A DNA stretch of 64,000 nt, taken from IMG/VR virus record IMGVR_UViG_3300018877_000003; one strand, given 5' to 3'. Below the pieces are notes generated by a model. That model worked only from the letters and a program-made list of their open reading frames with translations, ran no database searches and was not told the DNA's origin. This stretch comes from a virus. The number at the start of each line of letters is the position of its first letter. Within the stretch, counting starts at the first letter, position 1. This document shows positions 1 through 9,021 of this stretch, piece by piece. A program made the position numbers and the translations under genes.

Positions 1-53
1 ACAAAAGGGCTTGAAAAAAGGGGTTGCAAAAAGAATAGAGGAGGAAGCCAGAA

Positions 54-377
54 ATGAATTTCTTAGAATTGCTATCAGATACAGCTTGGTTAACAGCTAT
101 CTCGGCTATTCTAGGTTCTGTTTTGACATACTTTGCAACAAAGACGAATAACAAAAAGGAAATGTCAATCAACGACAGAATGCAACTCTCTAAAGACCAA
201 TATCAACTTATAGCTGAATTACGTGCAATGATGCAAGAACAACGAGACGAAATTGATCATTTAAGAGAAGAGATTAAGCAGTTACAAGAGGTAAATGTTA
301 GCTTGATGATTGAAAACAAGGAATTACAAGTTAAGATTAATGCATTAAATAATAGACTATCATCATTTGGTAGTTAA
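54..377 (+). CDS. membrane-anchored coiled-coil protein, function unknown (late/lysis side)
   Basis: 107-aa ORF. GAGGAGG SD lies 9 nt before the ATG. N-terminal hydrophobic helix (WLTAISAILGSVLTYF) followed by a heptad-rich charged tail. Confidence 0.6.
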   Translation: MNFLELLSDTAWLTAISAILGSVLTYFATKTNNKKEMSINDRMQLSKDQYQLIAELRAMMQEQRDEIDHLREEIKQLQEVNVSLMIENKELQVKINALNNRLSSFGS

Positions 378-392
378 GAGGAGAAGATAAAG

Positions 393-722
393 ATGGAAAT
401 GTTATATGACCAAATTTTAAACTTAATAGCACTTATTATTGCTGGATGTGTTGGAGTAGTTACTCGGTATGTTGTTAAATTTCTTAAAAAGAAAGGCGTT
501 ATTGCAAAATTGGAAACTCATAAAGAGTTGACAAAAATTGTAGTAAATGCTGTTGAACAAGCATATAATCATTTAGACGGAGATAAAAAACTCGAACTTG
601 CGAAGTCAGAATTAGAGAAAGTAGCAAATAGCAAGGGATTAGCAATTACACAAAAAGAAATTGAATTGCTGATCGAGTCCACTGTAAAAGAAATGAATAA
701 GGCAATTAAAGAAGAATTGTAA
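393..722 (+). CDS. putative holin (LL-H-like architecture)
   Basis: 109 aa. Has an N-terminal TM helix (ILNLIALIIAGCVGVV) and an amphipathic charged tail with AVEQAY..G..K..LA, as in Holin_LLH-type proteins. Identified from memory only. Confidence 0.5.
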   Translation: MEMLYDQILNLIALIIAGCVGVVTRYVVKFLKKKGVIAKLETHKELTKIVVNAVEQAYNHLDGDKKLELAKSELEKVANSKGLAITQKEIELLIESTVKEMNKAIKEEL

Positions 723-817
723 GAAGTAGACCTCCCTTGAGCGTGCGAAACTTATAGGGAGGTTTACCGCATTCACCTTCGAGCCAGCCCCTTTTGATGG
801 GTCTGCTTTGTGTATGC

Positions 818-851
818 CCCGACTGTTGGCGCAGTCGGGATTTTTTGTTTT
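818..851 (+). terminator. rho-independent terminator of the rightward unit
   Basis: CCCGACTG-ttggcg-CAGTCGGG stem-loop followed by ATTTTTTGTTTT. Confidence 0.8.
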
Positions 852-915
852 GAAGCTCTAATGATTACTTTAACTTTGATTTAATCATTACACAAATTAT
901 ATAACATGTCAATAT

Positions 916-1785
916 TTAATTAGATATTTTAATATCAATCTGCAACTTTTCCTCAGAATCTTTTATTTCCTCAATCAAAATATTTAACCTTCTTATAATT
1001 GCATCCGCAGAGTATTCCCCATTAAGTTCAAAGTTAAATGTTTTTCCGTTGGCAGATATACTAGAAGAGTGATTAACTTTTTCATTTGATTCCTCATTAG
1101 TCACAGAAATAACATCTTTATTAACAGTTTCAACTAGACTGTTTTCAGTTGAAGGTTTCTGAGATAAAGACAGCTTATTAGCACGTTTCTTACTACTCTT
1201 TTTATATTGATATTTCAGATTATAAAAATAATCAACATTTGAGCCTTCCCAACTATCTACTAAAGAAGCAATGCTATGTTGATTTTCCATATATTTATTA
1301 AATATGATCATTTGCTGATCTCTATATAAAGTTTTAAACTTATCAAAGTCCATATAGTTATTTGGTTGAGAGAGAACTTCGTTTAATTCATCTTCGGATA
1401 AATTTGTTTTTTCAATATTACTTGTTCTCCCTAGACCATTTCTCGGAATATCTAGCTTATCTAAAAGTTTATAATATGTGTTGTGGCTAATTCCTAGACC
1501 TTCTATTATATTATGGATTTGATAATTTTCTCTCCAATGCATCATTAACATTTTCTGCTCTTCTTTTGACTTATTCTTCAAATCATAATAGTTGATTATT
1601 TCATTCATATTAAACACCTCGACTTTGCCGTTAAGTTTCTTCCGTTCTGAGTTATTCATAAATAAATAAGGAGTTCTTAAAGCTTGAGATATACCACCTC
1701 TTCTTGTGGATGCGCGCGCAAAAATATTCTTTCCTATTCTTTTCTTCTCACGAATCTCTTCATTAAGCATCCTTTTTACATTCAA
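916..1785 (-). CDS. hypothetical protein with possible HTH segment
   Basis: 289-aa ORF, last gene of the leftward array. The segment IIEGLGISHNTYYKLLDKL looks HTH-like. No family recognised. Confidence 0.65.
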   Translation of the reverse strand: MNVKRMLNEEIREKKRIGKNIFARASTRRGGISQALRTPYLFMNNSERKKLNGKVEVFNMNEIINYYDLKNKSKEEQKMLMMHWRENYQIHNIIEGLGISHNTYYKLLDKLDIPRNGLGRTSNIEKTNLSEDELNEVLSQPNNYMDFDKFKTLYRDQQMIIFNKYMENQHSIASLVDSWEGSNVDYFYNLKYQYKKSSKKRANKLSLSQKPSTENSLVETVNKDVISVTNEESNEKVNHSSSISANGKTFNFELNGEYSADAIIRRLNILIEEIKDSEEKLQIDIKISN

Positions 1786-1854
1786 TCTATATCAACTCCA
1801 GAACATACATACTCATTCATTATCATTGTATATTATTAGTGAGAATAATGAAAT

Positions 1855-1889
1855 AAAAAAAGAGAGGGAAATGATCCCTCTCTTTTTTT
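1855..1889 (-). terminator. bidirectional rho-independent terminator after phr
   Basis: A6-AGAGAGGGA-aatga-TCCCTCTCT-T6. The 9-bp stem is perfect. Confidence 0.85.
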
Positions 1890-1896
1890 AATATAT

Positions 1897-2016
1897 TCAG
1901 GTTGCATTTCTTTCTGTAACTTTAAAGGATGCATTATCTGCTTTAACATATGCTGATGCACTAACGCCTATAGCCCCTAACAATAGGACAGCACATACTA
2001 ACAATTTAATTTTCAT
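1897..2016 (-). CDS. phr: Phr-type secreted signalling pro-peptide (39 aa, not in the ORF track)
   Basis: Hand translation gives MKIKLLVCAVLLLGAIGVSASAYVKADNASFKVTERNAT. It has a signal peptide plus a C-terminal ERNAT, comparable to PhrA ARNQT and PhrE SRNVT. The ATG overlaps the rap stop by 11 nt, and an AAGGAG SD lies upstream. Confidence 0.75.
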   Translation of the reverse strand: MKIKLLVCAVLLLGAIGVSASAYVKADNASFKVTERNAT

Positions 2017-3133
2017 GTAATAACCCACTCCTTAAAATTTGTCTTCTTGCATTGTATGCAACACGGTAAAACTCACATGCATCATAAGCCTTCTCTTTAG
2101 ACTCTAAAATCTTTGCCGCAATGATACCGTAGTCTTCCACATCTGCATACAAGCCATTCTCGTTGAAGAACTTGAAGGTCTCTCTAACTAAGTCTACGTC
2201 ATGAATTAAATACAATCCTTTTAACATTTCGAACTTTGCAACATCATAAGCATTGCGAGCTTTTTCAGCAAACTCTTTTCCTTCAAGATAAAGATCATTA
2301 GCCGACACTCGCTCAGATTGTTTTGCTCTAACAAAAGCCAGATTAAATAAAGCTTTTGAAGTGAAAATATGATTAATCTTTTTGTATGCAGTTAAAGCTT
2401 TCTCTAGATGATTGGATGACTTTTCAAGTTCTTCAAGCTGATTATAACATATTCCAAGATTCAAATGCGATGAGCCAATTAGATGATCTATCTCCATTTT
2501 CTCTGATTCGTTTAAAGCTTTATTCAAACTTGGCAAAGCTTTTTCAGGAATCATTTGATCTCGGCAATTACCAGAAAATATAAATTGGCATCGAACTCTG
2601 TGCTCTCCATAAGTGTCATATTTTTTATAAATATCGTATGCTTGTTTAGCATAGTTCATCGAGAAGAATGTTTGTTTCATGTGATAATACACTTCTGATG
2701 TTTTAAAATAGAAGTCCGCTTTTTCTAGATCGTCACAATCAAAAGAGTGAAGTTGAATCTCAGCGTTTTTATAATAAGTGAGGGCGTGTAGTAACTCTTT
2801 CTGTCTAAAATGATACATACCAGCAAAGAAATTGTAGTAGTATTCAAGCATGCCCTCAAGGTTCTTTAGTTTTCTTAGCTTTCTAAATTCTTCAAAACGA
2901 CTATCAAGATCGCCTCCACTCGAACACATATAATCAAGTTGTAACTTGTGCCTGAAATCTAATAGGGAGTAATAAATTAAAGCATCTTGGTTTTCTTCCA
3001 TAGAGTCTATCTCTTCTTTAACTTCATTCTTTATTTTTTCCGCTTCATAAGTCCAATTATTTTTTAATGCTGTATACCAAAAATTCATTTTCGTTGTTAC
3101 CAAATCATAAGGTATTACATCGCTATTCTGCAA
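2006..3133 (-). CDS. rap: Rap-family TPR response-regulator aspartate phosphatase/regulator
   Basis: Rap-like N-terminus (MNFWY, YYSLLDFRHKLQLDY) and TPR repeats. I place the start at TTG 3133 (GGAG SD 9 nt upstream), giving 375 aa, which is typical Rap length. The track ORF extends to 3235. Confidence 0.85.
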   Translation of the reverse strand: MQNSDVIPYDLVTTKMNFWYTALKNNWTYEAEKIKNEVKEEIDSMEENQDALIYYSLLDFRHKLQLDYMCSSGGDLDSRFEEFRKLRKLKNLEGMLEYYYNFFAGMYHFRQKELLHALTYYKNAEIQLHSFDCDDLEKADFYFKTSEVYYHMKQTFFSMNYAKQAYDIYKKYDTYGEHRVRCQFIFSGNCRDQMIPEKALPSLNKALNESEKMEIDHLIGSSHLNLGICYNQLEELEKSSNHLEKALTAYKKINHIFTSKALFNLAFVRAKQSERVSANDLYLEGKEFAEKARNAYDVAKFEMLKGLYLIHDVDLVRETFKFFNENGLYADVEDYGIIAAKILESKEKAYDACEFYRVAYNARRQILRSGLLHEN

Positions 3134-3173
3134 ATCGTTAAACTCCTTCCACTTTAAATTCCCGTTATTTTGA

Positions 3174-3202
3174 ATTATAGCACAACAAAGGAATGTTATG
3201 GA
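3174..3202 (-). promoter_or_regulatory. candidate rap-phr promoter (extended -10)
   Basis: The - strand reads TGcTATAAT (-10 at 3174-3179) with a weak -35. It lies between the RuvC terminator and the rap SD. Confidence 0.4.
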
Positions 3203-3232
3203 AAGTGTTTGTAAGAATTTTTTAAAATATGA

Positions 3233-3258
3233 CAATAAAAGACGGTCTTCTAACCGCC
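3233..3258 (-). terminator. terminator after the RuvC-like gene
   Basis: The - strand reads GGCGG-ttagaaga-CCGTC followed by TTTTATTG. Confidence 0.5.
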
Positions 3259-3262
3259 TTTT

Positions 3263-3769
3263 TTATTTCTCAACTATAGGTTTCTCAAACTCTATCAAAT
3301 TATTCTTTATTAAGTATGTCAAAACCACTGCAAAGCTATCAGACTCATCTTCATTAGCAAATTCAATGTCAACAAAATTATTTTTTATGATCTTCTGAAC
3401 TTGAGCTTTGGTCGCATTCCCTTTGTATATAGCCTCTTTTACCGTTTTTGGTGGATAATAAATCTGATTAACATCACTGAATAGAAGATTTGTTACTCCA
3501 TGAACCCTATATATGGTCTGAGTAGCCGCATTAAATCTCGAAAATCCACGTTCTATAGTTACAATTGCAGGTGGATATGATTCCTTAAGATTATTCAACC
3601 AATTATATATCTCTTTTAGCTTAATCGCGTTATGATACTGATCTTTTTTCTTTTTGATTTTATCTGTGTTTACACTTCCAATAAAGACAAACTCTTGCTT
3701 TTCTAAATCATAAATTGTACACCCTGTGCAGGAGAGTGACAGGTCAAGTCCGTATATATAGTTTCCCAA
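3263..3769 (-). CDS. RuvC-like Holliday junction resolvase
   Basis: 168 aa. Contains GLDLSLSCTG, IERGF and a C-terminal ESDSFA, the acidic catalytic signature of the RuvC/RNase H fold. TTG start. Confidence 0.75.
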   Translation of the reverse strand: MGNYIYGLDLSLSCTGCTIYDLEKQEFVFIGSVNTDKIKKKKDQYHNAIKLKEIYNWLNNLKESYPPAIVTIERGFSRFNAATQTIYRVHGVTNLLFSDVNQIYYPPKTVKEAIYKGNATKAQVQKIIKNNFVDIEFANEDESDSFAVVLTYLIKNNLIEFEKPIVEK

Positions 3770-3857
3770 TATGGTTCAACTTTAAGATTAGGTGTGAAGT
3801 GTTTGTGTTTTGCTTTTTTTCATATAATTGGTTGTATGCAATTTGACGATTCGTCAT
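3744..3857 (-). CDS. small ORF (37 aa) overlapping the RuvC-like start
   Basis: GGAGG SD 8 nt before the ATG. Its stop lies 26 nt inside the RuvC-like ORF, which itself lacks an SD, so translational coupling is possible. Confidence 0.3.
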   Translation of the reverse strand: MTNRQIAYNQLYEKKQNTNTSHLILKLNHIGKLYIRT

Positions 3858-3873
3858 AAGTACAACCTCCAAC

Positions 3874-3907
3874 AAAAATTACTAGGCAGAATTAATCTAC
3901 CTAGTAA
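3874..3907 (-). terminator. terminator of the polymerase unit, nested just downstream of promoter copy A
   Basis: The - strand reads TTACTAGGTAG-attaatt-CTGCCTAGTAA (10/11 bp paired) followed by TTTTTG. Confidence 0.55.
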
Positions 3908-3909
3908 TT

Positions 3910-3939
3910 ATTATATCATTATTAATTCGTTTTGTTAAA
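3910..3939 (-). promoter_or_regulatory. 19-nt element copy A, full sigmaA-like promoter
   Basis: The - strand reads TTAACA-AAACGAATTAATAATGA-TATAAT. Core has 1 mismatch. Confidence 0.6.
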
Positions 3940-6900
3940 TTATCTATTACGTTTTAAGCTTTTTCTGACAAGCTGACACTTGTTAAGATGAAGCTCTTTA
4001 ACGTTAGGATTAGGCTTCCATTTTCCATTTTCGTTTTTCCAACCATATTTCTCTTCAACATCTAAAACTTTAATAATATCCCCTTCGTAGAGTAACTGGT
4101 CATCAAACGTCCAAAATTTCTTTTTGTTTACTTTAACAACAAATTCTCGACCAGTTTTGATCTGATAAAGAGTAACTTTTGGAGTATACTTTTTGTTAAT
4201 GTCTAAAACCAGCGCATATCTTCCATCCACATTGCTCCATGTAGAAGATGCATATCCGAGACTATCCTTTTCAAAAGCAATCTGATCATACAGGTCAATT
4301 TTCTGCGGTGGATTACTCCTAACCGCTTCTTCGTATTCTTTCAGATTTTTTAGTCGTTGAATCTTTGTTTTCTCTAAAAGACCTGCATCGTATTTCAAAG
4401 GTTTCTTAATTGTTTTCTCTTTCTCAGTTATAGTGACTTGACCTGTTTTTTTATTCTTTTTCTCTTTTCGGTCAATCACAATTTGGTCATCAAATTCTGG
4501 GTATAATTCAATGTTTGCTTTTTTCTTCCCTGACATGCAGAGGTATAATTCCAACAGGACTTCTTTCTCTCCGAACTCTCTAAAGAAATCGAGGCGGATC
4601 AATGTTTCCATTTGACGACTGTCTACAGAAGTTTTAAAAATGTCAACCAACAATGATACGAAATCATTCTTATCATAGTCTTTATCTTGGGCTAACTTAT
4701 AAAGTTCTTCTGCAACTTTTCTATTCAAATATTTGATAGATGCAATTCCTTTATAGATGTTCTGCTCTTTTCTATTGAAGTTGTAAAACGCTCTTGATTG
4801 ACCAAATTGTATCGGCTTGATTTCAACGTCCATTTTTTTAGCATAATTAACGATTTTTGTTGTCTTATCTTTATCATCATCTTGAATATTTAAGATGGTT
4901 GTTAAAAACTCAAGTGGATAATGATATCTTAAATAAGCCCCAATATATCCGATATAGCTATATGGCTGTGAATGGTTTACAGAGAATCCATACCGACTTG
5001 CATCGTCAATTACCTTTAGAAATGATTCTAAAATCTGCTCAATGTGCTCCTCAGATTCATTATATTGTTCTTTCATATGAGAAATAAAACCGTCATGAAT
5101 CTTAGGCAATAATTTTTGTGTTCCTTCTTTCTTTGCAAGTCCACGCCGAACCGTGTCAGATTCCGCTCCAGTATGTTTACAGAAGTCTGTAAGAAAGTTC
5201 ATAATCTGTTCTTGGAAAATAAGGTAGCCAAGAGTAGGTTTTAATGCCTCGTTCAAAGCTGGATGTCCATTATCTTTTGTCTCCCCAGCCGCGAGGTTAT
5301 ATCTATAGCTGTCACCAGATGGCCTTATTGCTCCATTAGCCATTGATAATAAATCAATATAGTCGATATCTCCAATATTATTCTTTATCCTATTCAAGGT
5401 TTCGTCACTAAACAACTGTTTAATATAGGCATGTGCAGAATCAGATTCAAGTTGGAATACTCCAAGAGTCGAATCACGAAGTGACTTCCACACATCCATG
5501 TCTTTAACATCGACATTGTCTGGAGTAAGTCTTTCGATATTTGCAAGTTTGCATGTTTCATTGATAAGTTCAATATTTGCTAAACCTAAAACGTCTAGTT
5601 TGACATAGTTTTCACCATCAAGTTCTTTCATATTAACCGCAGTAACACGATATTTACTCTCTTTTGTATATAATGTTGAAACGTTTGTCGCCAAATCAAT
5701 AGGAGACACGATAAATCCAGAAGGATGACTTCCCATAGATTCGATTACGCCGTTCATTACATCAACATATTCAAATAGCTCAGGGTATTTATGTCTATAG
5801 CTTTCATCAATTCGATCTTTTCCGTTAAATGTTTCTACAGCCTTGGCAATTGTATCAACCTCTTCTAACGGCATGCCTAATCCTTTTCCTACGAGGCGGA
5901 TCGATCCTTTTAAAGCTTTAGTGTTAAAAGTGACGATTTCAGCAAAATCAATTCCATCAAGACTAGCAAGATAATCGATTACTTCCTGTCTTCTAGATGG
6001 TGGAAAATCAATATCGATATCAGGAAGAGAGATACGGTCTGGATTCAAGAATCGGAAAAAGTTCAAATTATGCTTAATTGAATCCATCTCTGTAATTCCT
6101 AATACATAGGCAATCAAGCTTCCATTTACCGAACCGCGTCCATATCCTTGATAGATATCATTATCGTGACACCAGTCAATAATATTTTTTTGTAAAAGCA
6201 TATAATCAACAGCATTAAGTTTTACATAGGTGTCAAACTCTTCTCTAATCCTATCGAAGTAATCTTTTTTCTTTTCACTTGGGAACTTGTCAAAACCTCG
6301 TTTCTTAACACCTTCATTTATTTTTTGTTGAAAGACTTCAATAGGGTTCTCGTATAACTTTGGATATTTCGGAGTTTTATCCAAAGTAAACTCCTCGACC
6401 ATATCTGCCATTACATTAGTGTTATGTATAGCTTCTAAATATACGTTACGTGGCAATGCTCCTTGTCTTTCAAACATCTCAACTAATTCTGGATAGGATT
6501 TCATTGTTAAATCAAAAGAGTCTTCATCTCCATAATTAGCACCTTTTGATTTTAGAAATAGCTGTCTTGCTTTTGCGTGCTCAGCGTTTAATGCGTGTGT
6601 ATCAGTTCCAGCGATAAGAGGGATGTTCAGCTCTTTTGATAGTCGTAAAAGCATCTGATTAAATGCTATCTGATCTGGATGACTGTGATATTGAATTTCA
6701 AAAAACATTCGATGACGATTTTTTGCCATCCAGTTCAACATATCCTCAAACTCATTATTGATTGCAACTGCCTCTGTTAGCTTGCCAGCCTCTTCTAATG
6801 CGTTATATTTACTATACATTCTCCAGAGTGGGGAAGCCAAGCATGCAGAAGTCATAATAACATTGTCAGATGTAGCCTTTAATTCATCAAAGGTAATCCG

Positions 6901-7314
6901 AGGATTATAATAAAAATGACCATCTTCACGATTAAATGATTGAGATGTCAATTTATTGATCTCCAATACACCTTCGTAATTTTTAGCAATTAACATGTAG
7001 TGAAAGTTGTCACGTTCTAAAATCAGTTTACCAGTGGGACTTCCGTCCACGCCTTCTTCTTTTTTGATCTCTTTAGTTAAATAAACTTCATTTGCGTGTA
7101 TGTATTTCATGCCAACTTTCTCAATTGCTTGCTTCTTTTTAATCCAATTCATGACGCTTCCATGTTCTGAGATGGCTAGAGCATTCATTCCTAGTTTTTC
7201 AGCATAATCTATGTAATCTTGGTATTTTGTTACACTGTCTGCCCCTGTACCAGCCGTAAGGTTACTAATGTCAGAATGGTCATGATACATCACATAATTA
7301 TCCACGTACATCAC
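3940..7314 (-). CDS. DNA polymerase III alpha-subunit-like replicative polymerase (PHP + pol domains)
   Basis: 1124 aa. N-terminal PHP motif (HDHSDIS, GTDTH) and DnaE-type palm/fingers segments (GRGSVNGSLIAY, PDIDIDF). The exact start is uncertain (GTG, ATG or M9). Confidence 0.85.
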   Translation of the reverse strand: MMYVDNYVMYHDHSDISNLTAGTGADSVTKYQDYIDYAEKLGMNALAISEHGSVMNWIKKKQAIEKVGMKYIHANEVYLTKEIKKEEGVDGSPTGKLILERDNFHYMLIAKNYEGVLEINKLTSQSFNREDGHFYYNPRITFDELKATSDNVIMTSACLASPLWRMYSKYNALEEAGKLTEAVAINNEFEDMLNWMAKNRHRMFFEIQYHSHPDQIAFNQMLLRLSKELNIPLIAGTDTHALNAEHAKARQLFLKSKGANYGDEDSFDLTMKSYPELVEMFERQGALPRNVYLEAIHNTNVMADMVEEFTLDKTPKYPKLYENPIEVFQQKINEGVKKRGFDKFPSEKKKDYFDRIREEFDTYVKLNAVDYMLLQKNIIDWCHDNDIYQGYGRGSVNGSLIAYVLGITEMDSIKHNLNFFRFLNPDRISLPDIDIDFPPSRRQEVIDYLASLDGIDFAEIVTFNTKALKGSIRLVGKGLGMPLEEVDTIAKAVETFNGKDRIDESYRHKYPELFEYVDVMNGVIESMGSHPSGFIVSPIDLATNVSTLYTKESKYRVTAVNMKELDGENYVKLDVLGLANIELINETCKLANIERLTPDNVDVKDMDVWKSLRDSTLGVFQLESDSAHAYIKQLFSDETLNRIKNNIGDIDYIDLLSMANGAIRPSGDSYRYNLAAGETKDNGHPALNEALKPTLGYLIFQEQIMNFLTDFCKHTGAESDTVRRGLAKKEGTQKLLPKIHDGFISHMKEQYNESEEHIEQILESFLKVIDDASRYGFSVNHSQPYSYIGYIGAYLRYHYPLEFLTTILNIQDDDKDKTTKIVNYAKKMDVEIKPIQFGQSRAFYNFNRKEQNIYKGIASIKYLNRKVAEELYKLAQDKDYDKNDFVSLLVDIFKTSVDSRQMETLIRLDFFREFGEKEVLLELYLCMSGKKKANIELYPEFDDQIVIDRKEKKNKKTGQVTITEKEKTIKKPLKYDAGLLEKTKIQRLKNLKEYEEAVRSNPPQKIDLYDQIAFEKDSLGYASSTWSNVDGRYALVLDINKKYTPKVTLYQIKTGREFVVKVNKKKFWTFDDQLLYEGDIIKVLDVEEKYGWKNENGKWKPNPNVKELHLNKCQLVRKSLKRNR

Positions 7315-7828
7315 TCCTAATTAAATCGTTAACTCTTTTCTCAACTACTTCTGTTAGTTGTAAATAAACTTCATCTCCAAATGTTTTATGCAACTTTTTT
7401 AGATCGTTAATTGCATCAAGGCATTCATCAATCGATTCAATTAAGTCATATCTAACTACATCACTGTCGTTTACACCTTTTATACCAATTGCATCTCTAA
7501 TGGCGAATTTTATTTCTTCTTTAACTTTATTTGAATTAAGTAACACAAAGCAAAATGAAGGATAGCCACCTGTTTCGTGATTATACTCCTTAATTGCTGT
7601 TGCAATGATGTCATATGCAGTATCTCCTTCGGCAAATAAAAATACTTCTTCATGATCAAAATCTTTCATATGATTGATAAGATCAGGGTATATAGGATAG
7701 CCAAAGTAATAATACTCCTTAAATTCTTCATCATACCGAACATCTGTAATTAGGTAAGCATGGTTGTATAGATTGGATGAACGTAATTTAACAATGTCTC
7801 CTATTTGAAAATGCTCCAAATTAATCAC
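7298..7828 (-). CDS. hypothetical protein
   Basis: 176-aa co-oriented ORF. No motif recognised. Confidence 0.65.
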   Translation of the reverse strand: MINLEHFQIGDIVKLRSSNLYNHAYLITDVRYDEEFKEYYYFGYPIYPDLINHMKDFDHEEVFLFAEGDTAYDIIATAIKEYNHETGGYPSFCFVLLNSNKVKEEIKFAIRDAIGIKGVNDSDVVRYDLIESIDECLDAINDLKKLHKTFGDEVYLQLTEVVEKRVNDLIRSDVRG

Positions 7829-7837
7829 CCCTTATTG

Positions 7838-8440
7838 TTATGATTTTTTAATAGCCTTCTGGAAGCAGGAGTAACAAACGGATTCATATTTTTGCTTCTT
7901 GTCAGTAAAATCCTCAACACTAATTCCACTATCATCAATTTGTAGTTGACCATCTAAATATAAAAGGTGATGGGTAGCGTCATTTATACAATGATCACAA
8001 GGCATGTCAATTGTATTAATCCTGAATCCACACTCGATTGCGCGTTTAATCGAATCAAACATTGTCCCATTGTATGAAATCATTAATCCATACGCATATA
8101 TGTCCACATCATGTATTACTGATATTTCTGCAAGCTTTTCTACCTGTTGAACAGTGAAAAATTGCAGTTCATCTAAAAGAATAATTTCTGGGTTGTTATT
8201 TTGGACTTCTTTAGACATGATTGAACCATCATCGTTTTTTGGAACTACTATAGCAGGACGCTTAAATGTTAGTGCTCTAGATGCTACAAATTCTCCATCT
8301 CTAATGTCTGTTTCAGGTTTAAACGTAAGAACTCTTTTTCCTTGTTCATCTAGTAGGAATCCTTTCATAATTAATTGTGCGGACTTGGCAGATTTCATTG
8401 TTCCAAGTATTAAATCTCTAACTCTTAAATCTTTTGACAT
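7838..8440 (-). CDS. tdk: thymidine kinase-like (TK1 family) protein
   Basis: Contains LLDELQFF (cf. IDEAQFF), C-terminal CDHC..CYSC zinc ligands, and an atypical P-loop GTMKSAKS. Confidence 0.65.
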   Translation of the reverse strand: MSKDLRVRDLILGTMKSAKSAQLIMKGFLLDEQGKRVLTFKPETDIRDGEFVASRALTFKRPAIVVPKNDDGSIMSKEVQNNNPEIILLDELQFFTVQQVEKLAEISVIHDVDIYAYGLMISYNGTMFDSIKRAIECGFRINTIDMPCDHCINDATHHLLYLDGQLQIDDSGISVEDFTDKKQKYESVCYSCFQKAIKKS

Positions 8441-8442
8441 GA

Positions 8443-9021
8443 TTAACCCTCTTTTTTAACTTTTTCTAACGTATCCATGTAACACTTTTTAAGCACTTTG
8501 TCCAAGTGAAAACACACACTAATGTCTTTGAAAGACAGGAAGAAATCTTCGTCTGAAAGAAATTCAGAATAAATAGTGTCTTTTAAGAAGAACTCTTCAC
8601 TATGTTTAGTTAAATCTCGCATCTCAATAAGCAACATCGTTAGATCAATGCGTTTAATTTTTTCATGCTCTTCGGAAGTCGGCGGTTCGATCCCAATATG
8701 TTTACAAATTGCCTCCTCAACTTTAGATTCAATAGAAGAGAATTTAGGCAATAGTTCTTTTAGAGGAGCAGGACAGTCTCCTACATATGCCTCGGTAAAG
8801 TCATGAATCAAAGTCAATAGACACTCACGATTCGAATATCCTAATTTTTTCGCCATCTCATAGCAGTAAATTGAGTGTTCCGCAACACTATAAGCTCTCT
8901 TAGAATGTCCAACAAATCTATTAATTCTAGTTAAAGATTGGACGATATCATCAATATCAATCATTTCAGGCGTAGGATTTAGATAATCAAATTTAATTCC
9001 TTTATATGTAACCAGTGACAT
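8443..9021 (-). CDS. HD-domain 5'-deoxynucleotidase (YfbR-like)
   Basis: Contains SVAEHS ... LIHDFTEAYVGDCPAPLK. Start moved to M6 because of a GGAGAG SD 7 nt upstream. Confidence 0.7.
   Translation of the reverse strand: MSLVTYKGIKFDYLNPTPEMIDIDDIVQSLTRINRFVGHSKRAYSVAEHSIYCYEMAKKLGYSNRECLLTLIHDFTEAYVGDCPAPLKELLPKFSSIESKVEEAICKHIGIEPPTSEEHEKIKRIDLTMLLIEMRDLTKHSEEFFLKDTIYSEFLSDEDFFLSFKDISVCFHLDKVLKKCYMDTLEKVKKEG

Noticed and set aside
3134-3235. A 34-residue N-terminal extension of the Rap ORF, as given in the track (409 aa).
   Set aside because: The extension is hydrophobic, unlike Rap N-termini. It overlaps the predicted extended -10 promoter. A TTG with a GGAG SD at 3133 gives the canonical protein of about 375 aa, aligned with RapA-type N-termini.
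2006-3235. The TPR protein as an arbitrium AimR receptor, with an AimP peptide.
   Set aside because: The sequence has Rap hallmarks (YYSLLDFRH...) and no N-terminal HTH. The downstream peptide ends in an RNxT-type Phr motif, not the xxxxG(G/A) arbitrium hexapeptide pattern.
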